A DNA stretch of 37,895 nt, from assembly GCA_002778965.1 (NCBI GenBank), contig PEXX01000036.1, positions 1 through 37,895 on the forward strand, written 5' to 3'. The stretch's first letter is position 1. Each line of letters starts with the position of its first letter. The notes below the pieces were generated by a model, which saw only the letters and a program-made list of their open reading frames with translations, ran no database searches and was not told the origin of the DNA. Positions 26,032-35,481 of the stretch are shown one piece after another. This stretch comes from Candidatus Kuenenbacteria bacterium CG08_land_8_20_14_0_20_37_23 (GTDB lineage: Bacteria; Patescibacteriota; Patescibacteriia; UBA2196; GWA2-42-15). The translations under genes were made by a program, and so were the position numbers.

Positions 26032-27264
26032 TCACTCCGCGCTCAATGCCTCTATTGGCTCCATTTTAGCGGCTTTGGCAGCCGGATAAGAGCCAAAAAT
26101 AAGACCTACTGCCGCTGAAACTCCAAGCCCAAGAAATATTGAGGAAATGGTTATTACAAAATCCCACTTATAGCCGATTTGCTTAGCAATCGTAGCTATA
26201 AGCCACGACAAGATGCTGCCGCTAATGATTCCAATTATTCCGCCAAAAACAGTTATTGTTAAAGATTCAATTAAAAACTGTTTTAAGATATTCATTCGCG
26301 TTGCCCCAACCGCCTTGCGCAAACCAATCTCTTTTGTCCTTTCCGTAATATTAACAAGCATAATATTCATTATGCCGACACCTCCGACCAGAAGCGATAT
26401 GGCTGCAATTCCTGCAAGAAAAAACCGCAAAGCGTTTGTTACGGAAGTCAAAACATCCAGGGCCTGATCAAGAGAACGCACTGAAAAATCATCTTGCGCG
26501 GCATTAGATATATTATGGTTCTCTCGAACGACCGCCTCTATCTCTCCTGTCATCATATCAATATTCGCATTATCTTCGAACTTGCCGCGAATAAGAGACA
26601 CGTGATTTATGCCTAGAAGGATCTTCTGCGCGGTTTTAATCGGTATAAATACTTGTGTATCTTTATTTTCAAATGCCACTGTGCCTCTTTTTCCCATTAC
26701 GCCAATTACACGAAAATTTTGTTTTTTAATTTTTAGAATCTCGCCTATTGCTTGTCCATCTCCGAACAAATCTTGCTTAATAGCGTCGCCAATCACCACG
26801 ACGCGCGACAGATTTTTTGATTCATTATCATCAAAAAATCTGCCTTCAGCCACGGCGGCGTCTTCTATGATAAGCATCGCAGGCGTTGTTCCAACATATG
26901 TTATATCAACTTTTTGACTGTCGAAAACAGCGCTGTCCACTCCGCGCACATAAGCTGTTGCGGCTATAACTCCAGGAACCTTGTTGATATCTTCAAGCTC
27001 GTCTAGCTTCAATGTCGTAACTGTTATGCCCATTACTGAAGCCGGCGGACCATTTTCGTCAGCCGCGCCAGGAGTTATACCAAAAAGATTAGAGCCAAAA
27101 CTAGATATTTCATTTACCAAAAGACTTTGCGCGCCTGCGCCAACTGACATGATAACAATTACCGAACCAACGCCGATAATAATGCCAAGTATTGTCAAAA
27201 ATGCGCGTTTTTTGTTAGCGCGCAGACAGTTTAAAGATAATTTAACACTTGATAAAAAATTCAT
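26032..27264 (-). CDS. MacB/FtsX-type ABC transporter permease (paralog 1)
   Basis: Same architecture as its neighbour, with a RTKEIGLRKAVGA motif. Confidence 0.85.
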   Translation of the reverse strand: MNFLSSVKLSLNCLRANKKRAFLTILGIIIGVGSVIVIMSVGAGAQSLLVNEISSFGSNLFGITPGAADENGPPASVMGITVTTLKLDELEDINKVPGVIAATAYVRGVDSAVFDSQKVDITYVGTTPAMLIIEDAAVAEGRFFDDNESKNLSRVVVIGDAIKQDLFGDGQAIGEILKIKKQNFRVIGVMGKRGTVAFENKDTQVFIPIKTAQKILLGINHVSLIRGKFEDNANIDMMTGEIEAVVRENHNISNAAQDDFSVRSLDQALDVLTSVTNALRFFLAGIAAISLLVGGVGIMNIMLVNITERTKEIGLRKAVGATRMNILKQFLIESLTITVFGGIIGIISGSILSWLIATIAKQIGYKWDFVITISSIFLGLGVSAAVGLIFGSYPAAKAAKMEPIEALSAE

Positions 27265-27313
27265 TTTATAAACAATAGAATTCCATTTGGCAAAAAATGG
27301 AATTCTTTCATTT

Positions 27314-28030
27314 TTATTTTACTAGTCCATTTTTTAAGTCTACCCTGCTTTGGACGCTACTGTCAGATTCAAGAATACCGTCTCTAATTTTAATTATTCT
27401 TTTGGCTGTATTGGCCGTATACTGTTCATGGGTTACCAAAATTATAGTTTTGCCTTTTTCATTTAAATTAACAAGAATTTCCATCACCTGCTGTCCTGAC
27501 ATGGAATCAAGATTGCCAGTCGGCTCGTCCGCAAAAATGACTTCCGGATTATTAACCAGGGCGCGCGCTATGGCAACTCTCTGCTTTTCTCCGCCGGACA
27601 ATTGGTTTGAAAAATGATCCAACCGATGCTCAAGTCCGACTGATTTCAGGGCTTTCATTGCCGCCGATGCTTTGTCTCGGGCGCCATTATATTCCAATGG
27701 CAAAATAACATTATTTAAGACAGTCGTGCGCGCCAAAAGATTGAATGACTGGAAAACAAAACCAATTTTTTTATTGCGCAATTCGGCCAATTTATTGTCA
27801 TCAAATTCATTTATATTTTGGCCTTCAAACAAATATTCTCCGCTAGTGGATCTGTCTAGAAAACTCAAGATATGCACCAATGTAGACTTGCCAGACCCGG
27901 AAGGACCCATAATAGCTACAAAATCGCCTTTGTCTATCTCAAAACTCACGCCATGCAAAACCTTGGTTATGACTTCACCCGTTTCAAACTGTTTTTTTAT
28001 ATTCTTAATTTTTATTAAAACATCTTCCAT
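27314..28030 (-). CDS. ABC transporter ATP-binding protein, MacB/LolD-like
   Basis: Walker [10 protein letters not shown], signature LSGGEKQR, Walker [12 protein letters not shown]. Confidence 0.9.
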   Translation of the reverse strand: MEDVLIKIKNIKKQFETGEVITKVLHGVSFEIDKGDFVAIMGPSGSGKSTLVHILSFLDRSTSGEYLFEGQNINEFDDNKLAELRNKKIGFVFQSFNLLARTTVLNNVILPLEYNGARDKASAAMKALKSVGLEHRLDHFSNQLSGGEKQRVAIARALVNNPEVIFADEPTGNLDSMSGQQVMEILVNLNEKGKTIILVTHEQYTANTAKRIIKIRDGILESDSSVQSRVDLKNGLVK

Positions 28031-28048
28031 GTTAATGATAACTGATAA

Positions 28049-29701
28049 TTACTTTTGTTTGTCATTGACAAATGTTATCACCGTATCTCCTTTTTCCAAT
28101 CCGTTCAAAATTTCTATATAATCATCGCCCCTTAAACCGACAGTAATATTTTTTTCTTCCTGCGTTTTGTCAGCGCGTAAAACAGTAACAATTTTATCGC
28201 CGTTTTTCTGTTTAACCGCTCGCAATGGCACGCGCAGAACGTTTTCTTTCTTATCAGTTTCAATGACAGTGTTGGCGGTCATGCCATGCTTGATTCCTTG
28301 CACGTCATCTTTAAAGTGCACCTTAACTTGGTAATAAACAACATCCTGAATAATAGTTTCCGCGGGGTCCACAAAAATTACGAAGCCTGGGAATACGTTG
28401 TCATCGCCAAAAGAATCAAGCGTTATATCAGCCATCTGGCCGATTCTAATTTTAGCAATATCAGATTCAGGAATATTCACATCTATTTCCAGTTTAGCTT
28501 CACCGATCATTTCTACCACAGCTAATGCCAAAGAAGTTTGTTCGCCGACTTTGTTATTAATTTTGATGACTACTCCGTTAACTGGCGCCTTGATAATCGC
28601 GTCTGATAATTTTGATTGCGCCAAAACAAGGTTGGCTTCGGTTTTTGCTATTTTCGCATTATACGCGTCTATCTCATAGTCTTCAGGCTCGGCCGTTTTG
28701 AATTCTAATTGCGCTTTCGCCAAATCAAACGCATCCCCGGCAGCGTCGACAGCATCTCTAGCTTTCAGAATTTGTTCATTATAATAGACCTGTTTATTCG
28801 TCCAGTTTGATTGGCTGGCATAAATATTATTCCTAGCCGTGGAAATCTTCACTTGCTCGCTTTGTATGCCGGTTATCAAAGCGTCAAGTTCAGTTTGTGT
28901 TAGATTATTGGAAATGATCGTATTTTCCAAAACAAAAAAAACTGAAGAAAGGCACTCTCTTGTCTTTTCAAGCGCGTTCTTTACCACTTCAATGGCATTT
29001 AACGTTTGTTCATCGCTTGAGCCTTCATCAACCGCTTTGATTAATATTTTTGCCTCATTGATAATATCACCGGCTTCGCTCTGGCTTTCTTGCGCTAGCG
29101 GAACTGACATACTGTCAAGCACGCCAAGAGTATATCCAGCGTCTTCGTTATTTAAAGTATTGTCAACAACTTCCATGGCAGTCTCGGCGACTATCAATTC
29201 ATTATTGAGATCAACAATCGCAGTGTTTTTTAAATTTTTGAGTTCCACAAGAGATTTTGATATAAGACTTTCAAGATCATTTCTTTTAGCGCCAAAATCC
29301 CCGCCTTTTTGTTCCACTGTTATCTCTGAAATGCGAATATCTCCCTCTGTTGCACCTGCTAATAATTTTTTGAGGTTAGCTTGTGCCTCTATTAAAACGC
29401 TTTCAGCGTCTTTAACTTGGCTGTGCAACGCGCCAGCTTCAAGTACGGCGAGAACTTGCCCGGCCTTGACTTGCTCGCCTTCACTTACATTAATTGATTC
29501 TATCCTGCCGGTTGTTCTGAAATTCAATTCAATATCTTCGGCAGCTACAACAGAGCCGGTCGCATCTACATTCTTGGCTACTGCGCCGATATCAACGAAA
29601 GCCGTCACAAATTCAGACTGGTCTTTATTTCTGTCAGCAAAAACTAAAATAATGCCTCCTAAAATAACCACTGCAATAATTACATAAACAATTTTCTTCA
29701 T
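28049..29701 (-). CDS. HlyD/MacA-family periplasmic adaptor with an unusually long helical insertion
   Basis: N-terminal TM anchor. Split lipoyl-like halves (VKAGQVLAVLE ... AIIKAPVNGVVIKIN) are separated by about 290 aa of helical sequence. C-terminal beta-barrel/MPD-like region. Confidence 0.8.
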   Translation of the reverse strand: MKKIVYVIIAVVILGGIILVFADRNKDQSEFVTAFVDIGAVAKNVDATGSVVAAEDIELNFRTTGRIESINVSEGEQVKAGQVLAVLEAGALHSQVKDAESVLIEAQANLKKLLAGATEGDIRISEITVEQKGGDFGAKRNDLESLISKSLVELKNLKNTAIVDLNNELIVAETAMEVVDNTLNNEDAGYTLGVLDSMSVPLAQESQSEAGDIINEAKILIKAVDEGSSDEQTLNAIEVVKNALEKTRECLSSVFFVLENTIISNNLTQTELDALITGIQSEQVKISTARNNIYASQSNWTNKQVYYNEQILKARDAVDAAGDAFDLAKAQLEFKTAEPEDYEIDAYNAKIAKTEANLVLAQSKLSDAIIKAPVNGVVIKINNKVGEQTSLALAVVEMIGEAKLEIDVNIPESDIAKIRIGQMADITLDSFGDDNVFPGFVIFVDPAETIIQDVVYYQVKVHFKDDVQGIKHGMTANTVIETDKKENVLRVPLRAVKQKNGDKIVTVLRADKTQEEKNITVGLRGDDYIEILNGLEKGDTVITFVNDKQK

Positions 29702-29707
29702 ACAAAT

Positions 29708-29739
29708 AAATTGTTAAATTAAACCGTTAAATTGTTAAA
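29708..29739. promoter_or_regulatory. 11-bp direct repeat AAATTGTTAAA x2 upstream of the efflux operon
   Basis: Copies at 29708-29718 and 29729-29739 (21-bp phasing), immediately upstream of the adaptor start codon at 29701. Confidence 0.2.
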
Positions 29740-29742
29740 AAA

Positions 29743-30516
29743 TTACAATTTGATATTTTGAACTATCTTCATAAAACTGTCGACTTTAAGACTGTTATTT
29801 CCGACTATGACTCCGGTTAAAATATTGCCAATAATAAAATCGTTAATATTTTTCTCATCAACGCTCCCGCCATAAATCACCTGAAATTTATCCGCAAAAC
29901 TCTGGTCAAGATCAATTGTCGTATGAATAATAATTTGTATTATGTATTCAACTATATTATGCCTGATTGCCTGTCCGGAGCCAATCACCCATACTGGTTC
30001 GTAGGCGATCACAATCCGCTGATTTTCTTTAAGTTTGATGTCTTCAAGCGCCTTCGTTACTTGGTCAATAATTATTACCTCTGTTTTTTTATCATGATAT
30101 TCGTCAAACGTCTCTCCAACGCACACAATTGGAACAAGTTCATTATCCAGCGCGGCTTTGATTTTTTGGTGAACATCCTCATTTGTATCTTTGCCGTACT
30201 TTCGAAATTCAGAATGTCCAATAATAGCATACTCTGCACCGAGCTCATGAGCCACTGCCGGCGAAATCTGTCCCGTGTATGAACCAGTATTATGATAAAA
30301 AATATTTTGCACTCCGAGTTTTATGGGGCTTCTATCAACGATTTTGCCGACCTCGGCCAAAGAAATATGTGAAGGGCAAATAATCATCTCAATATTTCTC
30401 TCATTTAAATACATCCCCGCGAATCTGTCAACTATTTCTTCAGCCAGATTTATACTCTCTCTGTTGGAAAGTTTCATCTTCCAGTTCGCTACTATAAGTC
30501 TTTTTTTATGATTCAT
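29743..30516 (-). CDS. tpiA: Triosephosphate isomerase
   Basis: NWKM, GHSEFR and AYEPVWVIGSG motifs. Confidence 0.9.
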   Translation of the reverse strand: MNHKKRLIVANWKMKLSNRESINLAEEIVDRFAGMYLNERNIEMIICPSHISLAEVGKIVDRSPIKLGVQNIFYHNTGSYTGQISPAVAHELGAEYAIIGHSEFRKYGKDTNEDVHQKIKAALDNELVPIVCVGETFDEYHDKKTEVIIIDQVTKALEDIKLKENQRIVIAYEPVWVIGSGQAIRHNIVEYIIQIIIHTTIDLDQSFADKFQVIYGGSVDEKNINDFIIGNILTGVIVGNNSLKVDSFMKIVQNIKL

Positions 30517-30588
30517 ATTTTTAAATAAACAAATGAATAAAAAAATAAATTTATATAAAATAATTTAATGGCAATACGCCGTAAAAGA

Positions 30589-31074
30589 TTAAAACGCTAA
30601 TATATAAATTCCTAAACTGGTAAAACTGACTATTGCCGCCGCTATTATAGCTCCAATGCTTACCAATATAAAAGATTTTTTTTTCTCTATGCCAAAAAGC
30701 CACGCAGCGATTGATCCTGTCCATATGCCAGTTGTCGGCAATGGTATGGCGATAAACAGCACCAAGGCTAAATCTCCAAAACGTTGATATTTGTCATAAA
30801 ATTTATTTCTTGTTCTTAAAAATATCCAATTGAAAAATTTCCTAAAAAATTCTGATTTTGAAAATAAATAAGATGCCAAAGGATTTATCAAAACTATAAT
30901 CAAAAAGCCAATGCTCAAATTACCCAAAAGCGACCAGAACAACGCAGACGATATCGGCAAGCCATAGACAAATAAACCCATTGGAATTGAAACCCTCACT
31001 TCGGCGATCGGCAGCATTGCCATAATGAACGTTGCCAATTCGCCCGGCAAATTATTTAAAAAAGAAAAATTCAT
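30589..31074 (-). CDS. Small membrane protein, putative small multidrug export protein family (COG2426-like)
   Basis: 161 aa with 4-5 TM helices and an MLPIAEVRVSIPMG N-terminal motif as in that family. Confidence 0.55.
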   Translation of the reverse strand: MNFSFLNNLPGELATFIMAMLPIAEVRVSIPMGLFVYGLPISSALFWSLLGNLSIGFLIIVLINPLASYLFSKSEFFRKFFNWIFLRTRNKFYDKYQRFGDLALVLFIAIPLPTTGIWTGSIAAWLFGIEKKKSFILVSIGAIIAAAIVSFTSLGIYILAF

Positions 31075-31107
31075 AAATTCATAAAAAATTTACAAAAAAC
31101 TAACTAA

Positions 31108-31980
31108 TTATTCCCACTGCCAATTGTCCAAAATCCACTGTCCAAGAAACTTGTTGTCCTGGAATCTCTCGTCATTTGATTTAGCTCCAAGAATCACAAT
31201 AATAATTCCATCTGTAACTTGATCGTTTTTTATCAAATTAACAAGACAGTATCCAGCCTCTTCAATATATCCTGTCTTGCCTCCAATGGGTTTCAAATAG
31301 CTTCCCAAGAGCTCATTTGTATTTTTAATATAATGTTTATTTCCGCCAACAGCTTGAAATGCATAGCTTGCGGATGATAAAGCATCCACTATTTCTTTTA
31401 TTCCCATGGCATAATTGAGCATCATCGCCACATCTTTCGCGGTTGACATGTTGCCCGGGTCAATGCCTGTTGGTTCAACAAATATACTATTCTTCATGCC
31501 TATTTCTCGCGCTCGGCTGTTCATTCTTGCTATAAATTCTTGATACCCAAGCCGCGTAGCATGAGCCAACTCATAAGCGGCATTATTGGCAGAACCAATC
31601 AGCGCTGTATTTAAAATATCTTTGAGTTTAACAATCTCGCCCGACAAAAGCTGGATCTTACCGCCATTTGCCTTGTCGTCTTGCGTTATTTGTACTGATT
31701 TATCTAAATCAGGATTTTGTTCAAAAAAAACAATGGCTGTCATTAGCTTTGTCAGACTCGCAATTGATCTAGCTTTGTATGCTTCTTTTTCGTACAATAT
31801 TTTTTTAGAAGCCACATCAAAAACAATGGCGCTTTCAGCTCCAATCACAGGCCTAAAGCTGTTTGTTAATCTTCTTTTGGGAAATCCAAAATCTGAATTC
31901 TGGCTTACGCTCAAAATAATCCCACTAATGGGTCCTATCAATTGCGACGCAATTATCAAGCTTACAAAAAAATTAAACAT
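31108..31980 (-). CDS. D-alanyl-D-alanine carboxypeptidase (S11, PBP5-like)
   Basis: SxxK (SLTK), SxN (SAN) and KTG (GGKTGYI) motifs in the correct order, with an N-terminal signal anchor. Confidence 0.85.
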   Translation of the reverse strand: MFNFFVSLIIASQLIGPISGIILSVSQNSDFGFPKRRLTNSFRPVIGAESAIVFDVASKKILYEKEAYKARSIASLTKLMTAIVFFEQNPDLDKSVQITQDDKANGGKIQLLSGEIVKLKDILNTALIGSANNAAYELAHATRLGYQEFIARMNSRAREIGMKNSIFVEPTGIDPGNMSTAKDVAMMLNYAMGIKEIVDALSSASYAFQAVGGNKHYIKNTNELLGSYLKPIGGKTGYIEEAGYCLVNLIKNDQVTDGIIIVILGAKSNDERFQDNKFLGQWILDNWQWE

Positions 31981-32048
31981 AAAAAGTATCTAACACCTAA
32001 AAACATCTGCTCTTTTGTTTCCACGCGGTTCAAGATTATTGTTGAAAT

Positions 32049-32606
32049 TTATGATTTTAGACCACCATCAGTTTTAAGTTCATCTAATACTTCAGATATT
32101 TCTTCTCTTCTTGACAACTCTTCATACGTTGGCAACTCTTTAACTGATTTTATCCCAAGATGCTTAATAAATTCCATGCTAAGAGCATATATATTGTTGT
32201 CAATTATTTTATCTTCTTTAACATCAATTAAGCCTTTTATCAAAAGATTTCTGATAATCAAACTACAGTTTACTCCGCGGATAGTCTCCAAATCAAGCTT
32301 GCTTATAGGCCCGCGATAAGCGATCACGGCCAAAGCCTCTAACTGCGGACGAGTGAGTTCGCAACTGATTTCTTCTTTTAAAAATTCCGCAAGCAAATCT
32401 GAATTGGCTTCGCTTGAAACCATTTGCACTTCGTCGTTATTAATTAAAATATTAATCCCGTTTTCGGCGTTATTATATTTATTTTTCAGACTTTCAAACA
32501 CAATCTCTATTTCGTCTTTTGAGCGTCCGCAAAGCTTGGCAATCTGTTTTAATTTTATGGGTTTGTCTGCAGCGAACAGGATTGATTCTATTTGTGATGA
32601 TAGCAT
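32049..32606 (-). CDS. scpB: Segregation and condensation protein B
   Basis: ESILFAADKPI N-terminus and two winged-helix repeats. Lies directly downstream of scpA. Confidence 0.85.
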   Translation of the reverse strand: MLSSQIESILFAADKPIKLKQIAKLCGRSKDEIEIVFESLKNKYNNAENGINILINNDEVQMVSSEANSDLLAEFLKEEISCELTRPQLEALAVIAYRGPISKLDLETIRGVNCSLIIRNLLIKGLIDVKEDKIIDNNIYALSMEFIKHLGIKSVKELPTYEELSRREEISEVLDELKTDGGLKS

Positions 32607-32619
32607 AATATTGAATTCA

Positions 32620-33339
32620 TTATTCTTCTTTTTGCGCCAATATGTTTTCTTGACTTAAAAATATCCGCATCTCTCCAAAATTTTGTAATTGTTCAATATA
32701 GATATACCTCTGTTTGGCCAGCTCCAGCACGCTTAAAAAAGCAACTATGATCTCGGGCTTGCTTTGAAATTCTTTTATTACATCGCTAAAATTCAAAATT
32801 TTTTTTGCAAAAAGCATATCTTTAATCTGTTTAATTTTTTGTTTGATTGATATTATATTATTGAGAATGTGCGTTTCTATTTTCTTTCTTGGTTGTATAG
32901 AATTCAATATTTCAATAAAAATTTTTTTGAGATTTTGCGAATTCAACCGCAAAAATAACTCAAATTGGATATTCTTGGGCCGCTTTATTACTGGTCTTCC
33001 GTATAAATATTTTTTTTTATCTAAAATTTCGGCAATTACAAAGCTGGCGTCATAATATTTTTTATACAGCTTGAGTTGTTCGGCTAAATTGCCCCCTTCC
33101 TCGCGTTCCATGCCCAAACCAGGCAATAAAACACGTGATTTAATATATAAAAGCCGCGAAGCAATTACCAAAAAATCAGCTATAAATTCAGGATTTCTTA
33201 CTTCAATCGCGTCTAAATAACCAATATATTGTTCGGCAACCTCAGCTAAAGCAATTTCAGTAATATCAAGTTTGTCTGTTTCAATTAATTGTAACAGTAA
33301 ATCCAATGGCCCTTCAAATTTTTCAAGTTTTAGCTTCAT
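32620..33339 (-). CDS. scpA: Segregation and condensation protein A
   Basis: FEGPLDLLLQLIE...DITEIALAEV N-terminus typical of ScpA (kleisin). Confidence 0.85.
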   Translation of the reverse strand: MKLKLEKFEGPLDLLLQLIETDKLDITEIALAEVAEQYIGYLDAIEVRNPEFIADFLVIASRLLYIKSRVLLPGLGMEREEGGNLAEQLKLYKKYYDASFVIAEILDKKKYLYGRPVIKRPKNIQFELFLRLNSQNLKKIFIEILNSIQPRKKIETHILNNIISIKQKIKQIKDMLFAKKILNFSDVIKEFQSKPEIIVAFLSVLELAKQRYIYIEQLQNFGEMRIFLSQENILAQKEE

Positions 33340-33626
33340 GCCCTGTCTGTTACATTTTGATTATAATCAATTTCCAGTTTAATTCCGCCAAATTCTTTGG
33401 CAACTGAATTATAAACGAATCCGAAAACCAACCCGACGATAAACCCTAAAACAGACGCGCCTAATGGAAAAAACAAAACCGCTAAAAATTGCGGGCTGAG
33501 ATTTTCTCGGTTGCCAATAAAAGCCGCCGTAGCAAAAATCATTGGTATAATGCCAATCAATCCATAAAAAATTCCAGCAAATTTAGCCATACCCCAAATA
33601 TCTATTTTTTTTATTTCATATTTCAT
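33336..33626 (-). CDS. Small membrane protein, unknown function
   Basis: Two or three TM helices. Its stop overlaps the scpA start in an ATGA arrangement. Start taken at MKYEIKK (the track start at 33686 is possible). Confidence 0.5.
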   Translation of the reverse strand: MKYEIKKIDIWGMAKFAGIFYGLIGIIPMIFATAAFIGNRENLSPQFLAVLFFPLGASVLGFIVGLVFGFVYNSVAKEFGGIKLEIDYNQNVTDRA

Positions 33627-33691
33627 AGTTTGAGCGTTAAATAATTGAAGTGAAACTGTCTGCCTATCAACTAGATTAAGTAGCACTTACT

Positions 33692-34273
33692 TTAATTTTC
33701 AACTTTCTTCTTCTGGATAAAAACGGCCAGAGTTGTCAATATTAATGCTAAAAAAACAAGAATGATATATATTGCCGCGTTTTTATACTGATTAACGACA
33801 TATTTACCGACCTCGCCAATAAGATGCAGTAAAAACCAAATTGAAGCTGCCATATAGCCCCAAACAACAACAAACCAATTCTCATTGCGTTTTTTTAGAT
33901 TTAGCCAATAATAGAGCAAAAACATAAGAAGAAATATTGGCAAAACAAAAGCACTGTGAATCAATAGCTTATACATCTTATATTCTGAAGATTGCTTGCG
34001 CGGATAGTAAATGTTCGTTCCTGATAAGTTTGACTTCTCAATAATGAGATCATCTGTAGACCGCATATAGTAATCAGCGCTCATGCCGCGTGAAATGGTT
34101 GATTCAATCATCGGGTTAGCGGCTCTGTTTAAATCAAACATTATTCTTTCTCCGAGAATAATTATTACCACAGCGAGAATGACGGTCAGCAGCACGCCAA
34201 GAAAAGAAACCCTGCGCTTTGTTTTAAATTCCAGTTTAGAAACACTTGTTTCTGTTGGCAAAATGTTTGGCAT
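33692..34273 (-). CDS. Membrane protein, unknown function
   Basis: 193 aa with four predicted TM helices and coding-like composition. No motif recognised. Confidence 0.5.
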   Translation of the reverse strand: MPNILPTETSVSKLEFKTKRRVSFLGVLLTVILAVVIIILGERIMFDLNRAANPMIESTISRGMSADYYMRSTDDLIIEKSNLSGTNIYYPRKQSSEYKMYKLLIHSAFVLPIFLLMFLLYYWLNLKKRNENWFVVVWGYMAASIWFLLHLIGEVGKYVVNQYKNAAIYIILVFLALILTTLAVFIQKKKVEN

Positions 34274-34307
34274 ATGTTTACAAATTAATTTTTAAATTTT
34301 AATAATA

Positions 34308-35450
34308 TTATTCTTTTCTAATTCCATTAACAATAACGAGTATTAATAAAATAAAAAATATCACTCCGCCAATCACTATTACCCAAATAAATCCGACAAA
34401 ACTATTATCTCTGCTTCCGGGAGCATTCACTGTTTCATTATCGTCAGCGACTCTTAAATATAAATCACTGGTCATTTCTGCTCTCGTCATGCGCCGATAA
34501 AGTTTGGTCAAAAAATATTGATTCTTTTTCGGCGTGAACCACGCATCTCCATTATCATTGTAAGCTAAATTTTCTATGGTATCTTTATTGATCCAGCCGG
34601 CGAATAATGTATCAAATTTAGGCAAGCTCTGTTTATTGTCTGTAATCACATAAAGCAATATTCCTATATTCTCATCTAGATAATAAGGCCTAGATGACCT
34701 GCCCTGTTCAGGCACTGGCAGAGGCATTGCGATTTCATTTATATCTTCAACAATCAAATCGTTGTCATTGTTGCCAACTGGTATTTCATGCGTTAACGCA
34801 TTGTCAGTAATTGAAGAAATTCTCAAAGGATAAACGATCTTATCGGTTTGGAAATCAAGCCGCAAAGGTATGGCATGCCCATAGCGCAATTGCCTCTTAA
34901 TGTTGTCCGCTAAATAGCCATCATCTATTTTTACCGCAGTAAAATACCACGAATTTTGAATGTAACTTTCAAGAATGTATCTACCAAATTCAGGATAATT
35001 GTAGCCGTTTTTATTAAGCCATTTAATCAGAGCCTTTGAATCATCGGCAGTCAAAACAGTAACATCATAATATTCCACCTGTTTTGATTCAATTACTTCC
35101 ACTCCATCATCCATTATATTCTGCGCATAGTCGAAATCTATGCCTAGCGCTCTCTTGTCGTTTGGCACAATGCGTGTCAATTCATCAAGCGCGGTAAAAA
35201 GTTCATCTGACGATTTCGTCACTCCTGGCCGCGCCGGCGTTGGAATAATCCAAGCAAAATTTTCCGCATCGGCTTGAAACATTACTGATAATACCAATGT
35301 TTCATTGCCACCATCATGAAAAATAACTGCTTTTTGGTCTGTCTCCAATACATATCTGTCAGGCGGAGCGATCATCATTCCATCAGCCAAAACAAAAGTC
35401 GGCAGAAGCAACATAACAAGCGAGAGGATGAAAATATTTTTTTTTAGCAT
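34308..35450 (-). CDS. Secreted protein with C-terminal TM anchor, DUF2330-like
   Basis: Signal peptide, then GMMIAPP...QKAVIFHDGGNETLVLSVMFQ...FAWIIPTP resembling DUF2330 proteins, and a terminal hydrophobic helix. Confidence 0.5.
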   Translation of the reverse strand: MLKKNIFILSLVMLLLPTFVLADGMMIAPPDRYVLETDQKAVIFHDGGNETLVLSVMFQADAENFAWIIPTPARPGVTKSSDELFTALDELTRIVPNDKRALGIDFDYAQNIMDDGVEVIESKQVEYYDVTVLTADDSKALIKWLNKNGYNYPEFGRYILESYIQNSWYFTAVKIDDGYLADNIKRQLRYGHAIPLRLDFQTDKIVYPLRISSITDNALTHEIPVGNNDNDLIVEDINEIAMPLPVPEQGRSSRPYYLDENIGILLYVITDNKQSLPKFDTLFAGWINKDTIENLAYNDNGDAWFTPKKNQYFLTKLYRRMTRAEMTSDLYLRVADDNETVNAPGSRDNSFVGFIWVIVIGGVIFFILLILVIVNGIRKE

Positions 35451-35481
35451 ATGATCGATTGATAAATTATTAAAATAAAAA

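Noticed and set aside
28839-29687. Long antisense ORF (282 aa, +) opposite the HlyD-like gene, and similar antisense ORFs (8418..8972 -, 24726..25283 +, 25380..25652 +, 26213..27271 +, 27297..28121 +, 31586..32319 +)
   Set aside because: The opposite-strand genes carry clear family motifs. The antisense translations are Ser/Ile/Leu-rich and low-complexity, as expected from the mirror frame of real genes.
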